Positions 1 through 54,750 of a stretch of DNA of 64,000 bases are shown one piece after another; the first letter of the stretch is position 1, and every line of letters begins with the position of its first letter. The notes under the pieces are model-generated. The model did not search any database. It saw only the letters and a list, made by a program, of their open reading frames with translations, and was not told where the DNA came from. Made by a program: the position numbers and the translations under genes. This DNA is from Macrostomum lignano (lineage: Eukaryota), in the NCBI GenBank assembly GCA_002269645.1, contig NIVC01003721.1, positions 85,678 through 149,677 of the forward strand. The letters run 5' to 3'.

Positions 1-628
1 GCAGAGAGGAGATGGATGATTAGAGAGTAGGGAGCTGAGAAGAGGCACAAACCCTAAGCGGGCCGGATTTCTATTCTGAAGTTTCAAAGGACCTCTCTTG
101 GATAGAGAGGCTTTGTGGGCCGCATGTTGCCAATCGCCAATGCTGACTAATCCATGACAGAGAGAGAGCGTGGATCTTTCTCTATTAACTACAGATACCT
201 GGGACAGCAGACAGAGATCAAACTTACCTATATTGGAAGCAAAATGTAGGCATCCACAGAGAGAAAGAGAGAGACTCAGAGAGCGGACAGGCAACAGTTC
301 AGCGGTTTTCAGACTAATAAATCTATTAATTTTTGCCTCATGGGAAGAGGAAGGTTGATGACAAACGTCTGTTAAAAATGTATGAGTAATAGGAAGGTTA
401 CAGAATTTTCTAGAGTCCCAGAATGCCCACGAGGTGTGGTTTCTTAGAAAGGTCCTGTAACCCCAGAACAAAATTCAGTATATTTTTGTTGATGTTGCAG
501 ATGAATTGACTTACAAGACTAGAAGACTTTCTTCTTCTAACAGACAATGCTTTACTGTGTATTCTTAATTCTTATGCTTTGAAATCGGTTCCAGAAGTAC
601 ATGCACTTTCGCTTGCCTTTTTTTCCAG

Positions 629-1041
629 TCTCATTATCGTTTCACGACTCCACCATAACAATTGATTCCGTCAACCCGCAGCAAGAAATCGTTGAGTACA
701 ATCACTTCAAGACGGACGCGGTCATCTGGATAGTCAACACGCCGTTCCAGTGCAGCCGGCGCCTGTGCAAGTGGAACACCAACAAGGGCAAGGTGAACCT
801 GCCCTGGACCTTCGCTGCCGCCTGCGGCGATTTTGTCACCCTTGACAGTCCGGCCACAGAGCCGCTGAAGCAGCTCTTCAGAGCGGCTGGCGGCAACCTC
901 GGATTGGAACAGCAGTTGAACGTCACGACCGAGGTGCGGACAGGCAGGAACAAGGGCGACAATCAGGTCGTGTCCTGCTACGCAGTCGGCATGGTGGCAG
1001 CCAAAACCATTGTGTTCGAAGGAGATGACGATCAAGTTTGA
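629..1041 (+). CDS. Terminal coding exon of an unidentified plus-strand gene that starts upstream of the window (phase-1 exon, ...SLSFHDSTITIDSVNPQQEIVEY...KTIVFEGDDDQV*)
   Basis: Polypyrimidine tract and acceptor ttttttccAG at 627-628. Open frame with strong C/G third-position bias to TGA at 1039-1041. AATAAA at 1164-1169. No protein family recognised. Confidence 0.7.
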
Positions 1042-1163
1042 GCTTATAGCAAGGCTAACTAAAGTAGATGGAACTCGTCGAAAATCCTGCAAATTTCCCT
1101 AGAGGCAGGTAGCATTCACGATTTTTTTACAATATCTCAACTTCTGTGGAGTTGCAAACTGCA

Positions 1164-1169
1164 AATAAA
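1164..1169 (+). terminator. Candidate polyadenylation signal for the plus-strand terminal exon
   Basis: AATAAA about 120 nt after the stop codon. Confidence 0.5.
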
Positions 1170-1230
1170 GCAAATGCATGCTTTGTGCGAGAGAAAATTT
1201 CAGCATTCTTTTCAAGCCAATGGAGGCATA

Positions 1231-1638
1231 TATAGTTAGTAAAACAGCTTTTTACTTTCAGTTCAGCAGCGAAGAAGTGGCATAAACTATTTTATAAAAA
1301 AAGAAAGGCTGCTGAAAGGACTTTGATAAGTTTAGAAGCCGTAAATAACTTGCTAATTGGTTCAGCAGTGATGTACATTAGCCAGTCCACTGAAATGTAC
1401 ATGGTAGCTTTGGACTGGAATTCCGAAAGGCAATAAAGATTGGAGCGGGGCGGGGGAGTAGTGTGGAAAGGCGCCGGTTGGAGGGTTTAAGCTGGGGTAG
1501 GGGAGGGGGTGGCTAAGAGCCAATAAATTAGCCTTGAGTTTAAAAATACGCTAAAATGCTTGCTTAACTTGCTACTGAACTGAAAGTAGTTTACACGCAA
1601 ATGTGCTGAGTGGCCCATCCAGTTATTCTTGTATCTGT
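1231..1638. repeat. Dispersed ~410-bp repeat, copy 1 (likely non-autonomous mobile element)
   Basis: Colinear with 8323-8738 in the same orientation (tagtaaaacagcttt...ttattct..gtatctgtgat), roughly 85-90% identical by eye. No TIR or TSD identified. Confidence 0.75.
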
Positions 1639-2125
1639 GATGGAGTCCAGGAGCAAGCAGTTTTATCCTTAGTGAGAGAGAAGCAATCTATTAAAAAGAG
1701 AAGAAGGTAATAGCATGACCTTTTTGCCCGACAGGCCAATAACCAATACCCTTTAACGCCATAGACTATCAACACCCGCTAATGTCGAATTTGTGGGCAA
1801 ATGTTCTTTTGAACATAGACAGTTTGTTGTTTCTGTTTCTTGCGCTCTACGCCGCCCGACTCTGCCCCCTCACACCCCACCCTTGCTATGAAATCGTAGC
1901 CTGAGCAAATATGTCTATGGTAGCTCGTATATTAGCTTGATTCTCTCACTTAGGATTGAACTGCTTGCTAATCAGTTGGCTTGTAAAAAATACAACAGTG
2001 TTCTGTAAACGGATTTCGCAGCAAAGATTAGCCTTCTGCGCAGCGTTAAACCCGAGGTTTTACCATAGACAAAACTCATGCACTTGTTTCATCCGCAAAC
2101 TCAGAAGCTGAAAATGTGAGACTAT

Positions 2126-2318
2126 GGGCCGTATGCAGAAAGCTTAGTCCAGACTAGCTAGTCCGGACTTGGGTAGTTCAGTCTATGGTCTATGGTCTAG
2201 CTACCCTAGTTCTGCTATAGTAGACCGATCTAACTTTGCGTTTCTGCATACCAAATCCAAGTCCAGACTAGCTTTTCAAGACCGGACTACCCTAGACAGA
2301 GCTTTCTGCATACGGCCC
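2126..2318. mobile_element. MITE with 19-bp TIRs, PIF/Harbinger-like, copy A
   Basis: GGGCCGTATGCAGAAAGCT at 2126 and its exact reverse complement ending at 2318. Flanked by TAT on both sides (3-bp TSD-like). Confidence 0.8.
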
Positions 2319-2344
2319 TATGCATTAGCAAGATAGCACATATT

Positions 2345-2538
2345 GGGCCGTATGCAGAAAGCTCTGTCTAGGGTAGTCCGGTCTTGAAAAGCTAGTCTGG
2401 ACTTGGATTTGGTATGCAGAAACGCAAAGTTAGATCGGTCTACTATAGACAGAACTAGGGTAGGTAGACCATAGACTATAGACTGAACTACCCAAGTCCG
2501 GACTAGCTAGTCTGGACTAAGCTTTCTGCATACGGCCC
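2345..2538. mobile_element. MITE copy B, inverted relative to copy A
   Basis: Same TIRs. The body is the reverse complement of 2126-2318 with 2 substitutions and one 1-nt indel. Flanks ATT/ATA. Confidence 0.8.
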
Positions 2539-2792
2539 ATAGACTTTTATCATAGTTTCTAGCAGTATTTTAACCAATGATTCAAGTTTCCTTAGATCTG
2601 AAACAAATCCAATTTCAATTATTTTTATTACGTCTAATCCATATTTACTAGCTAGATAATAACTATTAGATGCTACACTGCTGTGCAAGGATTGACACCT
2701 ATATTTAAATTATTCTGTCTGATATTTGCAAACATTTTTCTTTCAAGTATTTTCTGTTTTGGGTAAACAACAAGCGGATTCAGGAATTATTG

Positions 2793-3588
2793 GATGAGAT
2801 CAGAGCGATGGGATCAGAGTGATGGGATCGGAGTGATGGGATCAGAGCGATGGGATCAGAGTAATGGGATCAGAGTGATGGGATCAGAGTAATGGGATCA
2901 GAGTGAAGGGATCAGAGCGATGGGATCAGAGTGAAGGGATCAGAGCGATGGGATCAGAGTGATGGGATCAGATGGATGGAATCAGAGTGATGGGATCAGA
3001 GCGATGGGATCAGAGTGATGGGATCAGATGGATGGGATCAGAGTGATGGGATCAGATGGATGGAATCAGAGTGATGGGATCAGAGTAATGGGATCAGAGT
3101 GAAGGGATCAGAGCGATGGGATCAGAGTGATGGGATCAGATGGATTGGATCAGAGTGATGGGGTCAGAGTGATAGAATTAGAGCGATGGGGTCAGAGTGA
3201 TGGGATCAGAGTGATGAGGTCAGAGTGACGGGATCAGAGTGATGGGATCAGAGTGATAGGGTCAGAGTGATAGGATCAGAGTGATGGGATCAGAGTGATG
3301 GGGTCAGAGTGATAGGATCAGATTGATGAAATCAGAGTGACGGGATCAGAGTGATGAGGTCAGAGTGACGGGATCAGAGTGATGGGATCAGAGTGATAGG
3401 GTCAGAGTGATAGGATCAGAGTGATGGGATCAGAGTGATGGGGTCAGAGTGATAGGATCAGATTGATGAAATCAGAGTGACGGGATCAGAGTGATGAGGT
3501 CACAGTGATGGGATCAGAGTGACGGGATCAGAGTGATGAGGTCACAGTGATGGGATCAGAGTGATGAGGTCACAGTGATGGGATCAGA
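2793..3588. repeat. 14-bp minisatellite (GATGGGATCAGAGT)n with 140-bp higher-order repeat
   Basis: Tandem units read directly; the variant pattern at 3241-3380 recurs at 3381-3520. Confidence 0.95.
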
Positions 3589-3759
3589 AGAGTGGGCTAC
3601 AGAAGCCTCAGAAAGCAGGTCCAAACCAAAAAGCAACAAGAGCTCAGACGCGGCAGTTGCTGCCAGTATATCTCAGGCCAGAGGAGAAGGGCAGGAAAAA
3701 TTTCAAAGGCGGGACAGAAGCAGGTCCCGCCGCGCGCGGCAGTGCAGTGTGTGCTGAAT

Positions 3760-5069
3760 TTTATTTTCAGTTCTGTTTCACCTGTAAAACTCTGTAGTAG
3801 CGCAAAGCTAAAAGAGGCGCCGCAGCAGGCAACAGCGCCGCAGGAGAGAATTTGGGAAGATGTGCGCTCCGGCCTTGCTTTATGCTTAGTCAAAGACACG
3901 GACAAGCAAACAAACGAACAAAAAGCAAAAGTGTTGCCAAAAAACACAAACAGAGAGAGAGAAAACCACAGCGGACAAAATGGGAAGTAGAAGGCGGAGT
4001 CGAGCTCCGCAGCAGCCCAGCGCAGGTCTGCATGTACAAAATAGGCCTGTTCGCAGTGCGAGCCGAATCTGGCTGGGCTGGCGGGGGCGGGCGGCGGCAG
4101 AAAAAAGCAGCACAAGAAAAGCAAAGTAGAAGAGAAAAAAACGGAACACGCACGCAAAAAACCGCAAAAAACTCGGTGAGGGGAGGGTGCGGCATGGGTG
4201 ACAGAAAATTGAGGCAAAATTCACGGATTTCATTTCTTCTTCTTGAAAAAGAGACCTCCTGCGCCGGACATTACGAGCTAGTTTTTGAAAAAGCACTGGC
4301 GACAGACATGAAGCGAAAACAAATTGCTGAATAAAAGCGAGGGACTCAATGCCAAAATGGAGGCTTATATTAAAAAAAATTGGAATATAGCCGACTTTGT
4401 TCAACACACAGTACTAGCAATAGTATTTAATGGCTCTGCAAAAGAAGACTTCGGGGTCAAGGTAGAAATCAAATTGTTGTTGAGCGCAGACAACAGCGGT
4501 CAGAAATCAATTTACAAGCAGAAATTTTCACCAAAAACGCTTTTTTTGATTTTGAATATTCACGCCGCCTTACTGCCGGTCTCTGCTAGGCCCAAGTTCA
4601 ATGCCCGGGGTAGTTCCGCCGACAAATGAAAAAATAGAGGGGAGCGAGACAGACAGAACAGAAAAAAAACAGACAACGGCAGCGCGCATTGGAACAGCTG
4701 AGGAGAAGCATAGCGGGGGCGGAACCTTTCTAAAGCGCAATTTACAGACAATATTGAACTTCTTGACTGGCTGTCAAAGAGAGTGCGTGTGCAACAGAGA
4801 GGCACAACATCAAAGAGAGAGACAGAGAAAAAAACGCACAAGCACACAAAAAAGCAGAAAGAAAAAATCTCATCAAATGACACCGACAAACAAAATTTTG
4901 TTTAAACGCGCCACAACAGCAAAAAATGTGTCTCTGTCTGTCTGTCCTGTCCGATGGGAGCGAGAATACAGTTAGGCGTTCGGAGGGCTGAGAAGGAGGA
5001 GAGGAAGGAGGTGTGGGCTGAGAAGGAGACGGAGTCGAGCATGTCACTGCCGGAGCTCGGAGAGGCGGC
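3760..5069 (-). other. shep: Probable U-rich 3' UTR of the shep/RBMS gene
   Basis: Follows the stop codon at 5070. Long U/UG/UC tracts on the minus strand. Candidate AATAAA at 3760-3765; the true 3' end is uncertain. Confidence 0.45.
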
Positions 5070-48200
<43,131 letters not shown>

Positions 48201-48547
48201 AATTACCACTGATAAAAACTGTTCAGTCTTCTTCTTTGCTGCTAAAAACTTATTCTTCCGATTTTGTTAATAATAAAACTGATAAAGTTAAATCAATATA
48301 TCAAGGCTTTGAATGATTTCTTGCCGCAGTAAATGACAATCAAAATGGACTAATTATGAGATGCAGTTAAAAAATAAAAAAATTGTCAACTAAAAATGTA
48401 AGTACCTGAGAATAAAAGAATATATATTTCGAATTTGTCTTTAGTCTGTTTATTAATTTAATAAAAATTCTTTGTAAACTGCCGCTGTTGAGTTGGATGA
48501 CTGGGTCAAGTTGACGGGCGGCTCTGCTGCTGAAATTCGATAAATGG

Positions 48548-49055
48548 ACAACTTTTGAGCAATTGGTGGATAAGCTCTGAGCTGCGAGTGGGTAGATTTT
48601 GAGCAATTGGTGGATAAGCTTTGAGCTGCGAGTGGGTAGATTTTGAGCAATTGGTGGATAAGCTTTGAGCTGCGAGTGAGTAGATTTTGAGCAACTGGCG
48701 GATAACCTTTGAGCTGCGAGTGAGTAGATTTTGAGCAACTGGCGGATTACCTTTGAGCTGCGAGTGAGTAGATTTTGAGCAACTGGCGGATAACCTTTGA
48801 GATGCGAGTGAGTAGATTTTGAGCAACTGGCGGATAACCTTTGAGCTGCGAGTGAGTAGATTTTGAGCAACTGGTAGACAAGATTTGAGCGTGAATGAGT
48901 AGATTTTGAGCAACTGGTAGACAAGATTTGAGCGTGAATGAGTAGATTTTGAGCAACTGGTAGACAAGATTTGAGCGTGAATGAGTAGATTTTGAGCAAC
49001 TGGTAGACACGTGAATGAGTACATTTTGAGCAACTGGTGGAGAGTGAGTAGATTT
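48548..49055. repeat. 44-bp minisatellite (GATTTTGAGCAACTGGCGGATAACCTTTGAGCTGCGAGTGAGTA)n
   Basis: Tandem units read directly. Confidence 0.93.
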
Positions 49056-49199
49056 TGATTAGAGCGGTAACAAGCATCATTACTACATTAGCCAGTAGGC
49101 AGTCTATACCAAGAACATCTAGCCACAGTCGCACCCCGACTGCCTGATCTCTGTAATCGAATTCGTACACACACAGTCTGAGACTGGCTAAACATGGCT

Positions 49200-49383
49200 A
49201 ATTATAACTAATTTTAACAAGCTAAACTACTGATTTCGGAGTCCGAGACAGAAGCGGCGCAATAAATAAAAGGGCTAGAAAAAATAAAAGAAGCGCAGAG
49301 AAAATAGACACAAGTTTTTCTCTCGCGCACGTAGGCGTAAAAAGAACACCGCAGCGCGCCCAACAGCAAGAAGGTCACAAGCG

Positions 49384-49466
<83 letters not shown>

Positions 49467-49680
49467 TAAGGAAAAGGAATTTCTGAATAAAATAAAAAAG
49501 GCAAAATGGCTTGTTGGACACGCGCGAGCATATGGCCAGCAATGACGGCGGCAAACCTAGGTTATACATAACACACCATACCGAGACTGCCCAGAGGGGG
49601 GGCTTTCTAATTCTCCAGTCGCCAGCCACTGTCGAATTTCGCACTCGCTTAACTAACTATAAGGATAGAGGCGGGAAAAT
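49200..49680 (-). promoter_or_regulatory. Candidate shep promoter / non-coding first exon with (CT)n tract
   Basis: The last CpG-containing, UTR-like patch upstream of coding exon 1 before the CpG-poor block; (AG)n at 49388-49468. Inference only. Confidence 0.3.
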
Positions 49681-51056
49681 CTAAAAATAGCATCAACACA
49701 AGGATTTAGATTCGGAGAGAGAGGGAGAGAGAGAGAATGGGCCCGCTTTACACGCTGTAGCTTAGGCTTAGCTGGACCCTAATGCATCGCGCCCCGCCTA
49801 TGCATACATATATGACTTCCTCTACTCCTATGCTCGAGAGTGACATCAGTGACAGCATCGGAATGGGGGCAGAAGGGAAATGAGACAGAGCTTTGGGGGG
49901 AAGCTTAAAACAGCACGGCATGGATGAGGAGAGTGTGGAAAATACGAAATGGATGCTGCATACAGACAAAAACGACAGGATTTATGCTGATGTGCTCAAG
50001 TGCTGATATATGATACTTATTTGTGCAAACAGATATAGTAATATTAGGCAGAAAATATGCCAAGAAATGGATCACTCAGCAATTGAATTAAATAAAATGA
50101 TTGGAAATATTATGCAGAGCAATAGATCAGCAAATTCAATGCATATTATTTGCATAACAATTAAATTCTTACTTCTACCATATATTATAGTCAATTATAT
50201 ATCTTGCATTTTATAAAATTATAAGAGTAATAAGAATCAGTATAATAATTAAAAAGCTTGATTAAAATCTTAAAAAACTAGAGCAATAAAGGCTTATTTG
50301 TAAACAAACTATCTATACCATTGAAATGGTTGATTATTAATAAGCATACTAACAATCAGTGTCCCCATTGAAGGGGCAAAAAAGAATGCAATAAGAATTT
50401 TCTGACCTTTTAGCAATTCCCTCTATCAGTCTCGATAGCTTAGCAATTCTCCCTATAAGCCTTGATATCTTAGCAATTTCCCTACAAGCCATATATATGT
50501 AGTGTAGGGCAATTGTTTCTGTAAGCCTTGATATTTCAGCAATTCCCCTTGTAAGACCTGATATCTCAGCCATCTTGACATGATGCTTCCTTTATTCTAA
50601 CATGATACTTCTTTTATATTTTACATGATAAAATTAATATTTTTTAATATTTAATCCCTTAACTATTGAACAATTTCTTAGCCACAATATATACTATCAT
50701 AGGAAATTTTCTGATCAAATGGTGTTAGCTTTATGAAAAAAATTGGTTGGACCATTCTTTTCTAGAATTATTTATATATGTATCTATCTACCTAGAAACA
50801 AATCATTTTTAGTATTGAAAAAGAAAACATTTAAGCAATATTTTACTTCTAATCTATTACAAATCAGAATAAAAATATAGACATTTATATAGTCAGTCAA
50901 TTTTATTTTACTTTTTAGCAAGTAACAATAAAGCAAGAGAATAAGCTGGCTAGTATCCTTACAAAAGTTGGCACCTCTAGCACTTCTTGGGCCCAAATAT
51001 ATTGTCTCAATTCCTAGCTATATTATTTGCTCACATATTAAAATGTGGATCAGAAC

Positions 51057-51991
51057 CAGTGTTGCCACTCACACAGAGAAAAAAATTGCAGGCTTATAAA
51101 AAATTGCCAAATCCTTAGATTTCATAGCACCCATAGTTCCAGCAGAGTTAGTGGACCTCATAGTGAATAGGCATACCTATATATATCAGCTGGTCCAGCT
51201 TAGCCAGTGGAATTACATTAGGAAGGTTCTTTGCTACAAACTAGACCTTCTTTGCTCTAATACAAGTAAAAGATGATATGTCTAGAAATATCAGGCTATG
51301 GAGCATTCTAGATTGAAATGGCAGGTTCTTCTATAGGTAGGTTGCAAAACCTTGAAGACAAAAAGCTAAGGCTTGGCACTTGGACCCTCACCCAGCAACT
51401 CTTTGGTGTTAAACTGATACCAATTTTCTTCAATGGAAGGTGGACAATAGCACTCTAGAAGTTGATTTGGTGCATATGATTCTTAGCCAACATAGACTGC
51501 TGCACAAATTATACAGCAATGGACTCAACAGTTGAATGTTCTGCTTGTGGATTTCATGAATGAGCAGTGTTGCCTTGCTGTAGAAGGCGCAGAACATAGA
51601 TGGCAAAACTAATTGCCAATCAAGTCATAATGTTCTGTAGAGCTTTGCCAATGCGCTGGATCTGAGCATTGGATGCAGCTAGAGCATTGCGAGTATCTCA
51701 GCCAAGCTGTTTTACAAAGTATATCACCAGCACACTCCATTGCTGCTGGAGTTGCTTGAGGCAGGGCAGCAGCACCAATCAGTGCATTGGCACATTATGG
51801 AGGAATTTAAGTGTGACCATATTCAGTACCTCTTGAAGGGCTTTGAACTCCTTTGTCCTCTTTGGGCCCTTGGAAAATGCTTCTATGCTTCTATAAGTCA
51901 CTGTCATTTAGTATATATTTAAATGAAAGTTATATAGCACAGGAGTAAAAATCAATCTCAACAAATAAAATTTGCAAGAGTGGCAACACTG
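51057..51991 (-). mobile_element. Internally deleted hAT transposon with degenerate transposase fragment
   Basis: 14-bp perfect TIR CAGTGTTGCCACTC / GAGTGGCAACACTG; decayed 8-bp TSD atcagaac/atcaccac. Minus-strand translation gives FSKGPKRTKEFKALQEVLNMVTLKFLHNVPMH*LVLLPCLKQL (hAT VPTRW region) and YL*KNLPFQSRMLHSLIFLD, with stops and frameshifts. Confidence 0.7.
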
Positions 51992-52574
51992 ATCACCACC
52001 TAGCATTGCTCAACTTTGGCACTTGGCACTATCCTTCAGCTTAGCCCTTTTATTAGCTTTAGAAGCTTCTCTGGCACCTTTTATAAAGAAACATCCAGGC
52101 TGCCACTGTATCTTAGGAATAGGTTCTATGACCTTCCTAGGTGGTACCAACCTTTTATCTATAGCAATGCTTTGGCTATTCAAAGATTACCAAAATGGGC
52201 ATCTATGCATTCCCAATATGCCTCTCAAAGACAGACTTGGAACTAAGTCAATTAAGTTGAAACCTTAAAATTTGATTAAATACATTCTGAGATAAGTATT
52301 TAAGGCCTAAATAGTAACAAACTAGCAATCTAGTGCCCCTCTTTGGGTTGCCCAATAAGCAAGGAGCAAAAATTTTTCATGGAAAAAAATTAAACAGCTG
52401 TTTTTGTAAGAACCAATTCCTTCTTAAGTTTAAAAAATCACCTTATTCAAGTAAAATTGTCATGGGCAGATGTTTGCTATGAATCTCTTTTTTTCTAAAA
52501 ATTAACAAAGAAAACAAAATAAAGCTTTCACAAAGATAACAGACATTCCCCCTATATAGAAAACAAATAACCAA

Positions 52575-52965
52575 GAAAGCAAGCATCTGCCTAGATAGCA
52601 AGCATCCTCCCAGATAACAAGTATCTCCCAGATAGCAAGAACCCCCCTTCCAAGAGTGAGCAACTGCAGATAGCAAGCATCCCTGATAGCAAGCATCCCT
52701 GATAGCAAGCATCCCTGATAGCAAGCATCCACCCAGATAGCAAGCATCCCCAGATAGCCAGCATCCCCCAGATAGCAAGCATCCCCCAGATAGCAAGTAT
52801 CCCTGGATAGAAAGAATCCTTTACATGTAGATGCACATAGCTAGTACCCCTCTCTCTCAAATAGCAAGTATGCCCCCTCGAGAGCAAGCATCCCCAATAG
52901 TAAGCATACTCCCCCCCAAATACAATAGCAAGCATCTTCCAGATAGCAAGCATTCATCAGACAGC
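52575..52965. repeat. ~16-19-bp minisatellite (GATAGCAAGCATCCCC..)n
   Basis: Tandem units read directly. Confidence 0.85.
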
Positions 52966-53059
52966 AAATAGCTAGTGCAAATATTTCCTCCACTAAATTC
53001 AATAATCACTTTCTTAGGTAGTGGAATAATCCATGTCTCAGCCCGCACAATAATCCTCT

Positions 53060-53310
53060 TCATATCTAGTGCAATAACCTTTACTCATCAAGTGCAAAAA
53101 TCAATTTCTCAGCAAGTGCAATAGTCCCTTTCTAAGCTAGTGCGATAATCTTTGGCTTGTCAAGTGCAATAATCCTTGGCTTATCAAGTGCAATAGTCCT
53201 TGGTTTATCAAATGCAATAGTCCTTTGCTTATCAAGTGCAATAATCCTTGATTTATCAAGTGCAGTAATCTGTGGCTTATCAAATGCAATAATCCTTGGC
53301 TTATCAAATG
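53060..53310. repeat. 24-bp minisatellite (TCAAGTGCAATAATCCTTGGCTTA)n
   Basis: Tandem units read directly. Confidence 0.85.
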
Positions 53311-54108
53311 ATAAATAGTAACAAATATTATATGAAACAATAATAAATATATTAAGATAATATATTATATTTTTAGATGCAATAACTAAAGAATTAAAGA
53401 TTCAACAAAAAGCCATAAAAATTGTGAGTAAAAAGTTATATCTATATTTTTAAGAAAGATTAAAAACAAAATCAAATAAAACACTTCAAGTAGAAAATAC
53501 TGTATAAATTATAAAATAGAAAGCCTAGAAGTTATAAACAGGTTTATTTAAGTATATCCTATTATGTCTAATACTTTGGCACTAGATATTAGCATTCTTT
53601 CATCTATAATACCTGCATTTTGTGTCAAAAATTTATACCTTATAGAAAATAGTAAGAAATGGAAGTCTTGCAAATAAAAAACTAGAGGTTATATCACGGT
53701 AGTTAAGACAAAAGTTTGTAGAATAGGATCCTTATATTCACTTTTGTTTTATAATGCCTATAATTATAGATGATCATTTAGAGTATTATATTATGATTAT
53801 AAAAGTGAGGATACAAATTTTAAGTCCAATAAGTTGAGCAAAACTCTTTAAGTTTCTTATTGGACACTGTCTCAATCAATGTCAAAAGGATAGTTATTGG
53901 AATGACAAGCAAAAGTTATTAGAGGGTACTATAGCTATAGTTTCTAAAAGAAAACAATAAAGACATTAGTGCAAAATTTAATAGTAAATGAACTACACAT
54001 TAGGCCATGCATATGAAACCCCAAGTTGGCACCCCCTTCAATTTTATTTTATGATATATTATATAACAAACTATAACAAACTATATATATTATATAACAA
54101 ACTATTTA

Positions 54109-54290
54109 TCTCTACATATAAAAATCAAAACTCTGTCTGTCTGGGTGTCTGTCTGTCTGCCTGTGGACAATTTTGATCGCTATGGACTCCCAAATCACTT
54201 AACCAAATTACACCAAACTTTACACCCACCCTAAACTTACTACGGAGAATGTCTTAGGCTTCCTTTAAATTTCCTAGATTCAAGTCTTCC
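54109..54290 (+). mobile_element. Possible Helitron 5' end fragment
   Basis: A|TCTCTACATATAAAAA followed by tgtctgtctg and ...caaactttacac...ggagaatgtcttaggc resembles animal non-autonomous Helitron 5' ends; no 3' CTRR end was found. Confidence 0.3.
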
Positions 54291-54319
54291 TACCTAAAAG
54301 TCCAAAATATTGCTCAAAT

Positions 54320-54700
54320 TTTTAAAAGAGAGGGGGAAGCATAGAGAGGGGAAAGCAAAGAGAGGGGGAAAGCAGAGAGACAGGGGGGAAGCAGAGAGAG
54401 AGGGGGAAAGCAGAGAGAAATGAAGAGATAAAAGAGAAGAGAGAGAAGAGAAATGAAAGATCAGAGAGCAAATAAAGACAAGAGAGAAGAGAGGTGAAGG
54501 AAAAGACGAGCAAAGAATGGGAGAAGAAGAAAGAGAAAAGAGAAAAGAGATGTAAAAGAAGAGAAATGAGGGAAGATACGAGAGAAGAGGGGAGAGAAGA
54601 GAGAGGAAAAAGAGAAGAGAGGAGAGGAGAGAGAGCTCAGAGAAGAGAGACAAGGGATGAGAGAGAAGAGAGAAAACAGAAGAGAAGATAGAAGTTTCAA
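54320..54700. repeat. AG-rich low-complexity tract
   Basis: Read directly; the following ggccagagttt resembles a degenerate Charlie-like MITE end. Confidence 0.75.
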
Positions 54701-54750
54701 AGGATCCAAGGGATGTAGGGAGAGTCAGAGGCAGAGGCCAGAGTTTACTA

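Noticed and set aside
1759-1920. CCATAGAC...GTCTATGG short inverted termini (also ~35043-35146)
   Set aside because: Only 8-bp match and no TSD; possibly a small MITE family, but not supportable from this window alone.
3575-5047. Cluster of K/R-rich and F/L-rich ORFs on both strands
   Set aside because: Low-complexity 3' UTR sequence with no coding bias.
48367-49170. 267-aa minus-strand ORF upstream of shep exon 1
   Set aside because: Mostly translation of the 44-bp minisatellite.
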